Notes under the pieces: model-generated
Told to the model about the DNA's origin: nothing
Databases searched by the model: none
What the model saw: only the letters and a program-made list of their open reading frames with translations
Source of the DNA: a candidate division FCPU426 bacterium
Lineage (GTDB): Bacteria > Oederibacteriota > JAAXVQ01 > JAUVAV01
Reading direction: 5' to 3'
Assembly: GCA_040756875.1 (NCBI GenBank)
Contig: JBFLYH010000003.1
Coordinates: forward strand, 320,001-384,000
DNA: 64,000 bases
Shown here: positions 1-16,507 of the stretch, one piece after another
How positions within the stretch are numbered: the first letter of the stretch is position 1
How the letters are laid out: each line of letters starts with the position of its first letter
Position numbers and translations under genes: made by a program

Positions 1-635
1 ACCGTTTCGTAAACCTTGCTCTGGAAGCGCTTTTTAATTTCCTGGATGACTTGCACGGTCAGGTTCGTGCGCAGGTCGCACATGGTCAGGAGCACGCCTT
101 CAATCCGCAAATCCGGGTTAAGGCCGTTCTTCACCAGAATGATGGTCCGCAGCAGCTGCCCAACCCCGTCCAGGGCATAGAACTCGCCCTGTATCGGAAT
201 CAGCACCGTGGCGGCAGCGGTCAAGGTGTTGATGGTTAGCAGCCCCAGGGAGGGGGGGCAATCGATCAAAATATAGTCGTATTGCTGACGCACCGCATTG
301 ATGCCCTGCCGAAGCCGGGTCTCCCGGGCAATGACATTGACCAATTCGATTTCCGCGCCTGACAACTGGATATTCGCCGGGGCCAAGTCCAGGTTGGGCA
401 CTTCGGTTTTGACGATCACTTCGTTGAACGGCTTGCGGCCGATCAGAACGTCGTAAATGCTGGTCTGCAATTTTTCCTTGTCGAACCCGAGTCCGACGGT
501 GGTATTGCCCTGGGGATCGATGTCGATGAGGAGGATTTTCTTGCCGAGGGAGGCCAACCCTGCGCCGAGATTGATGGTCGTGGTGGTTTTTCCCACCCCG
601 CCCTTTTGATTGGCAATGGCAATAACCTTGCTCAT
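1..635 (-). CDS. parA: ParA/Soj family ATPase (3' end runs off the window)
   Basis: Reverse strand from ATG at 635 reads MSKVIAIANQKGGVGKTTTTINLGAGLA...LLIDIDPQGN: deviant Walker A and DxDPQGN. IDCPPSLG further on. Confidence 0.93.
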   Translation of the reverse strand, partial: MSKVIAIANQKGGVGKTTTTINLGAGLASLGKKILLIDIDPQGNTTVGLGFDKEKLQTSIYDVLIGRKPFNEVIVKTEVPNLDLAPANIQLSGAEIELVNVIARETRLRQGINAVRQQYDYILIDCPPSLGLLTINTLTAAATVLIPIQGEFYALDGVGQLLRTIILVKNGLNPDLRIEGVLLTMCDLRTNLTVQVIQEIKKRFQSKVYET

Positions 636-742
636 AAACCTTCCGTGGTCCTATTCATTAGGTCTGCGGGCGTCCGACAGGATTGGTCCGGTCGCAAAAG
701 GTCAGAATTATCACAGCCTCCGTGGATTGTAAAGCAAATAAT

Positions 743-1162
743 CTAGTGGTTGGGCGTCGATTCCAAAAAACGTTCGATGTCCTCGCCCAGCTGAAACGGA
801 TCGAAGGGCTTGGTAAAATAACCGGCCGCGCCCACCGTGCGCCCGCGTTCGATATCCACGGAATTATTGCGGACCGTAAGAAAAACCACGGGCGTGTCGC
901 GGTGGACCGGGTGTTGTTTGATGCGCCGGCAGACCTCGAAACCGTCGATGTCCGGCATCATGACATCCAGCAAAATCAGATCCGGCCGGCTGGTTTCAAG
1001 CATCTCCAGGGCGGCGGTGCCGGATACGGCCTCCAGCACCTTGATTTTTTTCAGATTCAGGCTGCGATGGATCAGCATGATGATATCCGGTTCGTCTTCC
1101 ACCACCAACACGCACTTTTTAGCCGGGGTTTTCGGATCAGAAGCGGGTTTGGGTTTTCCCAT
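743..1162 (-). CDS. Stand-alone response regulator receiver protein
   Basis: VLVVEDE, LILLDVMMP phospho-Asp, FLT, KPF motifs. No output domain. Confidence 0.9.
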   Translation of the reverse strand: MGKPKPASDPKTPAKKCVLVVEDEPDIIMLIHRSLNLKKIKVLEAVSGTAALEMLETSRPDLILLDVMMPDIDGFEVCRRIKQHPVHRDTPVVFLTVRNNSVDIERGRTVGAAGYFTKPFDPFQLGEDIERFLESTPNH

Positions 1163-1376
1163 GTATCGCGTCTCCGGAATATCGGCTGCCAGCCGCAGAA
1201 AAGAAGTATATCATAATTTCATGCATTGCAAGCGAACAAAAACGCCGCGGCGGCACGCCTTCCCATTCAAATACAACTTTTCGTGCATTAAAACCGGCTT
1301 TCGTCAGTCCAATCAATCAGGCTTCGCGTCGGGCAGTCGCGAAAAGCAATAACCACGTCCTCAGGGGAGGTCCGCC

Positions 1377-2930
1377 ATGTTCGCTCGCGCGTTCAGCAGC
1401 GCTTTATGGGGCATTGCCGCCAAGCTGGTGCAGGTGGAGGTGGATGTCCGGGTCGGTCTGCCGGGATTTACCATCGTGGGATTGCCGGACACCGCGGTTA
1501 AGGAAAGCCGCGACCGCGTGACCGCGGCCCTGAAAAACGCCGAACTGGTGCTGCCGCCGCGGCGCATCACCGTCAATCTGGCGCCGGCCGACCTGCGCAA
1601 GGAAGGGCCGACTTACGATTTGCCGATTGCCTTGGCCTTGTTGGCCGCTTCCGGGCAACTGGAGCCGTCCTGCCTGGACGACCACTTGATTTTCGGGGAA
1701 CTGTCGCTTGACGGCCGCGTCTGTCCGGTCCGCGGCGCCCTGTCATTCGCCGCCGCGGCCAAACCGCACGGTTTCCGGCGTATTCTGCTGCCAGCCGACA
1801 ACGCCGACGAAGCCGGCGTGCTGGCGGACGGCGAGCTTTATCCCGTCCGCACGCTGCCGGAGGCTGTGGAGCATTTGAGCGGCCGTCAGCGGCTGGAAGC
1901 TTTTTCGCTGGATTGGACTTCCGCGTTTCAAGCGGCGAACACCTATGCCGTGGATTTCAGCGAAGTGCGCAGCCAGCTGCAGGCCAAACGCGCGTTGGAA
2001 GTCGCCGCGGCCGGAGGCCACAACGTGCTGCTGATCGGGCCGCCGGGCAGCGGCAAGACCATGCTGACCCAACGGCTGCCGACCATCCTGCCCGACCTGA
2101 CCCTGGCCGAAGCCCTGGAAACCACCCAGCTTTACAGCTTGCACGGCTTGCTGCCGCCCCGCAGTACGCTGATGCAGCAGAGACCTTTCCGCGCCCCGCA
2201 CCACACGGTCAGCGACATCGCCCTGATAGGCGGCGGAGCTTTTCCCCGGCCGGGCGAAGTTTCGCTCGCGCACAACGGCGTCCTGTTTTTGGACGAACTG
2301 CCGGAGTTTTCCAAGCACGCCCTGGAAGTGCTCCGCCAGCCTTTGGAGGAACGGCAGGTGACGATTTCGCGCACAGCCGCGGCCGTCACTTATCCGGCGC
2401 GTTTCATGCTGATCGCGGCCATGAACCCCTGCCCCTGCGGATACTACACGGATCCGCACAAAGAGTGTTCGTGCACCTACCCTCAAATCCATAAATACCT
2501 GAGCAAAATTTCCGGCCCGCTGCTGGACCGCTTTGATCTGCATCTGGAAGTCCCGGCCGTCAAGTATCAGGAGCTGGCCGGGTCCCTGGAACCCGAGTCC
2601 TCGGCCCAGATCCGCAGCCGGGTCATGGCCGGCCGCGCCTGCCAGCGGGAACGCTACGCTTCGCACCCCGAAGTGCTGGTCAACGCCCATTTGACGCCCC
2701 GCCTGATCCGCCAGTTCTGCCGCCTGGAAGCGGACGGCCAACAGCTGCTCCGGGCCGCGCTGGACCGCCTCGGCCTCTCGGCCCGAGGTTACCACCGCAT
2801 CCTCAAGGTCGCCCGGACCATCGCAGACCTGGCTGGCAGCGAGTCCATCATGGCCGCCCACGTGGCCGAAGCCATTCAATACCGTGCCTTGGACCGGCGT
2901 TTTTTCGGCCGGACGCCGGCCTGGCGGTGA
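1377..2930 (+). CDS. comM: YifB/ComM family Mg-chelatase-like AAA+ ATPase
   Basis: GLPDTAVKESRDRV, NLAPADLRKEG, GPPGSGKT, RAPHHT, GEVSLAHNGVLFLDE, MNPCPCG. SD GGAGG upstream. Confidence 0.95.
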   Translation: MFARAFSSALWGIAAKLVQVEVDVRVGLPGFTIVGLPDTAVKESRDRVTAALKNAELVLPPRRITVNLAPADLRKEGPTYDLPIALALLAASGQLEPSCLDDHLIFGELSLDGRVCPVRGALSFAAAAKPHGFRRILLPADNADEAGVLADGELYPVRTLPEAVEHLSGRQRLEAFSLDWTSAFQAANTYAVDFSEVRSQLQAKRALEVAAAGGHNVLLIGPPGSGKTMLTQRLPTILPDLTLAEALETTQLYSLHGLLPPRSTLMQQRPFRAPHHTVSDIALIGGGAFPRPGEVSLAHNGVLFLDELPEFSKHALEVLRQPLEERQVTISRTAAAVTYPARFMLIAAMNPCPCGYYTDPHKECSCTYPQIHKYLSKISGPLLDRFDLHLEVPAVKYQELAGSLEPESSAQIRSRVMAGRACQRERYASHPEVLVNAHLTPRLIRQFCRLEADGQQLLRAALDRLGLSARGYHRILKVARTIADLAGSESIMAAHVAEAIQYRALDRRFFGRTPAWR

Positions 2931-2971
2931 CCGGCTCAAACCCGGTCCGGACGCTCGGCCTGCGAAGGAGA

Positions 2972-3000
2972 TTGACACCCAGGGTTGCCTACCCTATGAT
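2972..3000 (+). promoter_or_regulatory. sigma70-type promoter for the O-antigen ligase-like gene
   Basis: TTGACA (2972-2977), 17 bp, TATGAT (2995-3000). Confidence 0.65.
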
Positions 3001-3058
3001 GAGGGGGCTTCACGGGCTGGGCCCGAATTCCCGACTATCCACAGGATACCCGTCGTTT

Positions 3059-5319
3059 ATGGCCACTCTGTCCCCGTCACTTTCCACCGAAAGCCGCGTG
3101 ATTCGCATCTGCGACCGGATCATGGAATTTTTGCTCTACTTGGTTTATTTCCTGATCCCGATTTTTTTCATCATTTTAACGCGCGACCAGTTCGAACTGC
3201 CCAAATTGGCGTTGTTCCGCATGCTTACCTGCTTGATGCTGGCCACCTGGGGAATACGGCTCCTGGCCAGCCGCGAATGGCGCTTTCAGGCCACTCCCCT
3301 GGCCCTTCCGCTCCTGGCCTGGATACTGTTGCAACTGCTGACCGCGGTGGTTTCGGTTTCCGGTTACGTTTCCTACCGGGGCGAGTATGAAAATTTCAGA
3401 GGACTCCTGACCGTCCTCAACTACCCCATCCTTTTCTACCTGCTGGTCCATTTTTTACGGACCCGGCAGCAAATCAACCGCTTGTTTTTCGTTACCCTGC
3501 TGGCCGGTCTGGTCATCACCGCCTACGGCATCGCCCAATTTTTCGGCCTGGACTTCATTGCCTGGAACCCGACCTCCATCGCTCCGGGACGGTACTTCTC
3601 CACCCTGGGCAATCCGAATTTCCTGGCGGCCTATCTGGCCATGGTGCTGCCCTGGACCATCGTGTTTTTCATCGAGACCCAGTCGACCTTCAGGCGCGTT
3701 CTGCTGTTCGTCAGTTTTGTGGTGATGTTTTTCGCCCTGCTGGGCACCTGGAGCCGCGGCGGATTCCTCGGTCTGATCGCCGCCCTGGCCGTGCTGGCGG
3801 GGTTCGGCCTCTGGCGCGGATTTACCTGGCTGCGTCAGCAACCGGTGGCAGCCGCAGCCCTGCGCCAATCCCTTCCCGGCTTTCGCATTTGGCTGGCGCT
3901 GCTGGGGCTGGCCCTGGCCACCCTGATCACGCTCTCCCTGACTTTCGGCCGCCACCACATGCTGCGCATGGCGGACACCATCCTGCACTTCCCGGCCGCG
4001 GTCAAGGTTTCCCGTCTCCATATTTGGGGTCCGGCGCTGGGCATGATCCGTGACTACCCGGTTTTAGGCACGGGTCTGGATACGTTCAAAACCGTTTTCC
4101 CCCGCTACGCCACACCCGCCTTCGCGGCCATCGACGGTGCCAATGTATCGTCCCGCACGGCCCACAACGAAATCCTGCAGGTTCTGGCCACGCAGGGCGT
4201 GGTGGGATTAGCCGTGGTGATCTGGCTGACCGTGGCCATGGCCTGGTGGTGGTGGCGTGCTTACCGGCGGCCGGGAGCCAGCGGAAGGGACCGCTTGCTG
4301 CTGGTTGGCGTGCTGGCCACCTGGACGGCCTACTCTGTCCAGAACCTGTTTTCCTTCGGCGTGGTGTCGATCGACTCGTTATATTGGCTGTTGCCGGCAG
4401 TGGTCGTCCTCTTGCTGAAAACGCCCGACGAACAAGCGCAGTCCGCCTTGCCCCAGGCGCCTGCCGCCAAACCCGGCCGGGTCTGGCAGGTCCTGCAGAC
4501 ATTCCAAATGCCCCTGGCCCTGTTGGTGGTGGCCGCTGCCCTGACCGGGGTGTGGATGAATTATCGCGCCGCCTTGGCGGACTATGCCTATAATCTGGGA
4601 ACCATTTATCGCATGCAGAACAACCTGAATTACTGCCTGCGGGCCTTTGCCACGGCCAGCCGACTGGTGCCGACCGAGGTGAAGTACATCGTTTATGAAG
4701 GGCTGGCCTACGAGGAAATGGTGCGCACGGTGCCGCCGGACCGCCAGCTGCCGCTGATCCAACAAGCCCTGGCCCTGTATCGACGCGGCGTGGAGATGAA
4801 CCCCACCAATGCCTATTACCTCGGGAACCTCGGCCGTGCCTATTCACTGGCCGCGGCCGTGGATCCCCAAAACCAGGACTATTTCAACCAGGCGGTGCGC
4901 TACTTCCGGGAAGCGGTCCATTATGCGCCGGTGACCGTGCTTTTTTATCAGAATTTGGGCATGACGTATTTAGTGCACGGCGAATTGGAAAAATTCAAGG
5001 AAGTGGCCAAGCAGCTCGCGGGATTTGACCCTAAAGAAGCCGCGGGCCTGGTTTTCAGCGGAGCCAACCAGCTTTACAACCAGAACCGGCCGGACATGGC
5101 CTTGCCTCTCTATCAGCTGGCCCTGGAATACAAGCCTGATTACGCGGAGGCGCATTTCAACCTGGGCGTGGCGTACGCGCGCACCGGCCGTATCCTCGAA
5201 GCCCTGGCCGAATGGCGCCGGGTTTTGGAATTGCGCCCTGACTTCACCCCTGCGCAGGAAATGCTCAAGCGTTACGCGGCGCCCGGCTCCGCGGCGCCCA
5301 GCCAGTCCATTTTAAACCC

Positions 5320-5323
<4 letters not shown>
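3059..5323 (+). CDS. O-antigen ligase/Wzy_C family membrane protein with C-terminal TPR repeats
   Basis: Many TM helices, STLGNPNFLAAYL, TWSRGG, GTGLDTF, AHNEILQ motifs, TPR repeats at the C-terminus. Start placed downstream of the promoter (alternative ATG near 3122). Confidence 0.85.
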
Positions 5324-8805
<3,482 letters not shown>

Positions 8806-8814
8806 AGGGCATTC

Positions 8815-9264
8815 TCAAAACGCGGATCCTATGATTTGCAGGACGACACGGCGTTCGCGGGGCCGCCGATCATGGTCGATCACCACTGCCTGCTGCCAGG
8901 TACCCAGCACCAGTTCCCCGTTCACGACCGGCACGGTCAGGGAGGGCCCGATGAGCGCTGCGCGCAGATGGGAGGCGCCATTGCCGTCGCCCCAGGTGCG
9001 GTTGTGCCGCCAGTCCCGCTGGGCGGGCATCAATTCCTCCAGGAGCGCCGGAAGATCTTCCAGCAAGCCGGGTTCGTATTCCAGCGTGGTGACCGAGGCG
9101 GTGGCGCCTGGCACGAACACCACGGCCTGGCCTTCCTTGACGCCGCTGCCGGCCACCAGGGCGCGCAGGGCGTCGGTCACGTCCAGGACGTGGTCATGCC
9201 CCTGCGTGGAGAGGGCCAGTTCCCGGGTGACGACTTTCCAGGCGCTTTCTGAGAATTTAGGCAT
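8815..9264 (-). CDS. yjbQ: YjbQ family (UPF0047) protein
   Basis: VPGATAS, HNRTWGDGNGASHLRAALIG, LGTWQQ motifs. Start uncertain (9264 or 9273). Confidence 0.88.
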   Translation of the reverse strand: MPKFSESAWKVVTRELALSTQGHDHVLDVTDALRALVAGSGVKEGQAVVFVPGATASVTTLEYEPGLLEDLPALLEELMPAQRDWRHNRTWGDGNGASHLRAALIGPSLTVPVVNGELVLGTWQQAVVIDHDRRPRERRVVLQIIGSAF

Positions 9265-9362
9265 ACTGTTCACCCATTCAAAGCACGAACAGGTGAGCAG
9301 GTGAATAGGTGACCGCAGGCTTACTTCTCTTCCTGTTCCCCTGATCCCCTGTTCGCCTGCTC
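9265..9362. repeat. Degenerate 8-bp tandem repeats in inverted arrangement
   Basis: GAACAGGT GAGCAGGT GAATAGGT GA followed by complementary TTCCTGTT CCCCTGAT CCCCTGTT CGCCTGCT units. Confidence 0.6.
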
Positions 9363-9363
9363 T

Positions 9364-9409
9364 AGCAACGATAGAATGGGAATAAGGTCATTCCCATTCT
9401 ATCGTTGCT
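9364..9409. repeat. Perfect 20-bp inverted repeat overlapping the guaA 3' end
   Basis: AGCAACGATAGAATGGGAAT (9364-9383), 6-nt loop, ATTCCCATTCTATCGTTGCT (9390-9409). Confidence 0.95.
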
Positions 9410-10935
9410 GGTGGTTTGGAGGAGATGTCGAGCGCAACCCGGTTGACGCCCCGCACCTCGTTGATGATGCGGTTGGACACGCGGCCCAGCAGGTCCTGGG
9501 GTAAATAAGCCCAATCCGCGGTCATGGCGTCCTTGCTGGTCACGGCGCGCAAGGCCACGACGTTTTCATAGGTCCGCTCGTCGCCCATGACACCCACGGT
9601 CTTCACGGGCAGCAGGACCGCGAACGCCTGCCAGAGTTTGCGGTACTGTCCGGCTTTTTTAATCTCCTGCAGGAAAATGGCGTCCGCCTTGCGGACCAAT
9701 TCCAAACGTTCGGGGGTGATTTCGCCCAGAATGCGTACCGCCAGGCCCGGGCCGGGAAATGGATGCCGCCAAACCATGTCCTCGGGCAGTCCCAGCTCCA
9801 GGCCGACACGTCGCACTTCATCCTTGAACAGTTCGCGCAGCGGCTCCACCAGCTGGAAACGCATTTTTTCAGGCAACCCGCCCACGTTGTGGTGGGATTT
9901 GATCGTGGCCGACGGCCCTTTGACCGAAACGCTTTCGATCACGTCGGGATAGATGGTGCCCTGGGCCAAAAAGTCGAACTGCCCGAGTTTCTCCGAAGCC
10001 TGTTCAAACACTTCGATGAAGGTGGCGCCGATGCGCTTGCGTTTTTCCTCGGGGTCCGTGACGCCGGCAAGCGCGTCCAGGAATTCCCGGGTCGCGTCCA
10101 CCACCTCCAAATTCATGTCGTAATTTTTCCTGAACAGCTGGATGATCGCGTCCGCCTCGCCCGCCCGCAGCAGGCCGTTGTCGATCAGCATGCAGGTCAG
10201 CTGGCGGCCGATGGCTTTGTGCAGCAGGACCGCGGCTACGGCCGAATCCACCCCTCCGGAAAGCCCCAACAGTACTTTGCGCTTTCCCACCTGCCCGCGG
10301 ATGCGCTCCACGGTTTCTTCGATGAACGAAGCCGAAGTCCACGACCCACGGCACCCGCAGACGCCGTAGAGAAAATTCCTCAGGATCGCCATGCCTTCGG
10401 CCGTATGCTCCACTTCGGGATGAAACTGCAATCCGAATATTTTCCGCCTCTCGTCGGCAATCGCGGCCATGGGCGCGTTTTGGGTTTTGGCCGCGATTTG
10501 AAACCCTTCAGGCAAATTCGCCAGCCGGTCGCCATGGCTCATCCATACCTGGCTCTTGCGGCCGAGATTGCGAAACAGAGGGCTGTCGCCGACGACTTCC
10601 AATTCGGCGAATCCGAACTCCCGGTGGTCCGAAGGCTCCACCTTGCCGCCCAGCAGGTGCCCGATCAGCTGCATGCCATAGCAGATACCGAGGACCGGCA
10701 CGCCCATTGCCAGCACTTCCGCCGGTATCAGGGGCGAATCAGCCGCATAGACCGACGCCGGGCCTCCGGAAAGCACCAGACCTTTGGGGGCCAGGGCCCG
10801 AATCCGGTCCAGCGGCAGGCGGAAAGGGTGGATTTCGCAATAGATGTTCAGCTCGCGGATGCGCCGCGCGATCAGCTGGGTGTACTGGGAGCCAAAGTCC
10901 AGAATGAGGATAAAGTCCTGGTGCGACGCTTGCAT
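9388..10935 (-). CDS. guaA: GMP synthase (glutamine-hydrolysing)
   Basis: [43 protein letters not shown]-terminal KPPATIEWE. Confidence 0.98.
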   Translation of the reverse strand: MQASHQDFILILDFGSQYTQLIARRIRELNIYCEIHPFRLPLDRIRALAPKGLVLSGGPASVYAADSPLIPAEVLAMGVPVLGICYGMQLIGHLLGGKVEPSDHREFGFAELEVVGDSPLFRNLGRKSQVWMSHGDRLANLPEGFQIAAKTQNAPMAAIADERRKIFGLQFHPEVEHTAEGMAILRNFLYGVCGCRGSWTSASFIEETVERIRGQVGKRKVLLGLSGGVDSAVAAVLLHKAIGRQLTCMLIDNGLLRAGEADAIIQLFRKNYDMNLEVVDATREFLDALAGVTDPEEKRKRIGATFIEVFEQASEKLGQFDFLAQGTIYPDVIESVSVKGPSATIKSHHNVGGLPEKMRFQLVEPLRELFKDEVRRVGLELGLPEDMVWRHPFPGPGLAVRILGEITPERLELVRKADAIFLQEIKKAGQYRKLWQAFAVLLPVKTVGVMGDERTYENVVALRAVTSKDAMTADWAYLPQDLLGRVSNRIINEVRGVNRVALDISSKPPATIEWE

Positions 10936-10966
10936 GAGTCACCTCGTCAGGCATTGGAAAAAAAGA

Positions 10967-11033
10967 ACCACAGAGGTCACTGAGGAGTTTTAGGCCAACT
11001 TCCAGCCCGATCGACCTCTGCGTCCTCTGTGGT
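10967..11033. repeat. Imperfect 19-bp inverted repeat between guaB and guaA
   Basis: ACCACAGAGGTCACTGAGG ... CCTCTGCGTCCTCTGTGGT (16/19 match). T-run follows on the minus strand. Confidence 0.7.
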
Positions 11034-11069
11034 GCTTTGATTATCTCGTCCCGTCCGCTCCGGCCGGGC

Positions 11070-12626
<1,557 letters not shown>

Positions 12627-12647
12627 TCAGGGTCTTTAGAAGTGCCG

Positions 12648-12676
12648 ATATTAGCAAAAGGCCTTGTAAAAGTCAA
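12648..12676 (-). promoter_or_regulatory. sigma70-type promoter of guaBA
   Basis: Minus strand TTGACT, 17 bp, TAATAT with TG extension. Confidence 0.65.
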
Positions 12677-12689
12677 GCAGCGCATCCTT

Positions 12690-12729
12690 AAAAACAAAGC
12701 CGGGCAGGGTTTTCGCACCTGCCCGGCTT
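12690..12729 (-). terminator. Intrinsic terminator of groESL
   Basis: 12-bp stem AAGCCGGGCAGG/CCTGCCCGGCTT followed by TGTTTTT on the minus strand. Confidence 0.85.
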
Positions 12730-12759
12730 GGCTTTACTTGAACCGTTCCTATCCAGCTT

Positions 12760-14844
<2,085 letters not shown>

Positions 14845-15600
14845 TCAAGCCTGAGGGAGGTGGGCTGAAAGGAACCGGCGCATGTGCCCGGCCACGGTCA
14901 GGTACTCCTGGTCAAGGGTAATGACATGGTAGGAATCGGTCAGGCGGTGCTTTTCCTTCACCGCCGAGCCGGCGTGGCGATAGCAGTAATCCATGCAATC
15001 CGGCGGGATGACATGGTCTTCCTGGGCTTGGATCGTCAGCAAGGGTGCCGTAATGCGCGGCAGGGCCTCCCGGGCTGCGGCCATGACCTGCCGCAGATCC
15101 ATCAGGCTTTTCATGGCATGGCGGGAATAGCACGGATCCTCGAACTGCCTTACCTTGACGTCGGTCTTACCCGCCTCGCGCCACAGCCCGAGCCAGGCGA
15201 GCACCGGCAGAAAGGATTGGCGCCAGTCGCGCAAATACAAGGCTGGAGACAGGGCCACCACGGCGCTTACCGGCCGCACAGACGCCACATGCAGGGCCAG
15301 GGCCCCTCCCATGGAGAGGCCGGCCACTGCCGGACGGGGGTGCGTGCGCGCCAACTCGTCCCAGGCGGCCACCGCGGCGTCGAGCCAATCCCGGGAGCTG
15401 TGGCTGGCCAAATCTTCGGGCGTGGTGCCTGATCCCGGCAGCAGCGGCAAGGAAAGGGTGAACCCGGCCCGGGCGAGCTCCTCGGCTACTGGCAATACGG
15501 TCTTGGGGGAGCAGGTGAATCCGTGCAAAAAAACGAGGGCCCGGGGCCCGCCGGTCAAACGGATGGGTTTGCCGTCGAGGGAGGCTGCGGCTTCGTTCAT
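14845..15600 (-). CDS. Alpha/beta hydrolase (carboxylesterase / monoacylglycerol lipase type)
   Basis: LHGFT, GLSMGG nucleophile elbow, EDHVI, SYHVITLD. Confidence 0.9.
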   Translation of the reverse strand: MNEAAASLDGKPIRLTGGPRALVFLHGFTCSPKTVLPVAEELARAGFTLSLPLLPGSGTTPEDLASHSSRDWLDAAVAAWDELARTHPRPAVAGLSMGGALALHVASVRPVSAVVALSPALYLRDWRQSFLPVLAWLGLWREAGKTDVKVRQFEDPCYSRHAMKSLMDLRQVMAAAREALPRITAPLLTIQAQEDHVIPPDCMDYCYRHAGSAVKEKHRLTDSYHVITLDQEYLTVAGHMRRFLSAHLPQA

Positions 15601-16502
15601 GGCTGCTTTTTCTGGAGTGAACGGATCATTTCCATGAGGGTGTTCATGCTGTCTTTGCTGAAAACGGAGCGGTCGTAGGCGGTCAGCTGCCGGCCCTGGC
15701 TATCCACGATTTCCAAGCCGTCAAACGTCGTGAATTCGTAACGACGGACCACCAACTGCGCCACGCTCAGGATCACCTGCAACAAGTCTTCGCGCAGCGA
15801 GGGAGTGGCCAGGGAATCGAACGGAGGCGTCCCGGGCGTGAAATCCAGGATGAGGCGGAAACGGCCCGGGGCGGTGCGGTTGCGCAAGGACAGGTCGGAT
15901 TCGGCGAATTCCCCGCGCACGCCTTGGAGCTTGAACAAGCGCTCTCCAACCAGACTCGCTTGCAACTGGGTGCGGACCCGCTCGGCGATCTGGCGGCTGA
16001 GGAACTCAGACAGTCGCCACGCCTTGGGTGCAAACATCGGAACGTTTCCTGCTTCCGCCGGAGTCTCAGCCCGGACGTCGATCAGGAGGCGCTGGAAATA
16101 ATCCGTGCGGGAAATATCGTCCATGATCAGGCGCCGGATGTCCTTGATATACCGGACAAAAGAGACCTCCACGCCTAGCGTGGGGTCGCGGAGCGTGACC
16201 ACGAAAAACTCATAAGGAAACTGGGAGGAAAGCGTCACACGGGAGGTGGTCAGCATGACGTTTTCAATCTTGTTCAACGCCTGGTCTGAAAAGCTGAGGT
16301 CCTTGAGGAGGGAGTTGGGCGTCACGACCAATGCGCCTATGGTGGTGCCCGAGGCTTTGACCTGGACCTGGACCTTGTACTCGGCTCGGCAGATCTTGGC
16401 GATGGTGTCTTCCACGCTGCCCTCCGGATAGGAAGGACGGCAGCCGGTCCACAGGGGGGCCAGAAGCAATAGGCTGGCGAGGAGTCGCAGGGCGGCGTTC
16501 AC
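15597..16502 (-). CDS. Hypothetical lipoprotein
   Basis: Signal peptide with lipobox-like LWTG-C. Tightly coupled to neighbours (ATGA overlap downstream). No domain recognised. Confidence 0.75.
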   Translation of the reverse strand: MNAALRLLASLLLLAPLWTGCRPSYPEGSVEDTIAKICRAEYKVQVQVKASGTTIGALVVTPNSLLKDLSFSDQALNKIENVMLTTSRVTLSSQFPYEFFVVTLRDPTLGVEVSFVRYIKDIRRLIMDDISRTDYFQRLLIDVRAETPAEAGNVPMFAPKAWRLSEFLSRQIAERVRTQLQASLVGERLFKLQGVRGEFAESDLSLRNRTAPGRFRLILDFTPGTPPFDSLATPSLREDLLQVILSVAQLVVRRYEFTTFDGLEIVDSQGRQLTAYDRSVFSKDSMNTLMEMIRSLQKKQP

Positions 16503-16507
16503 GGCAG

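Noticed and set aside
3035-3043. DnaA-box-like CTATCCACA, near parA
   Set aside because: Single 8/9 match with no cluster of boxes or AT-rich unwinding element, so oriC is not supported.
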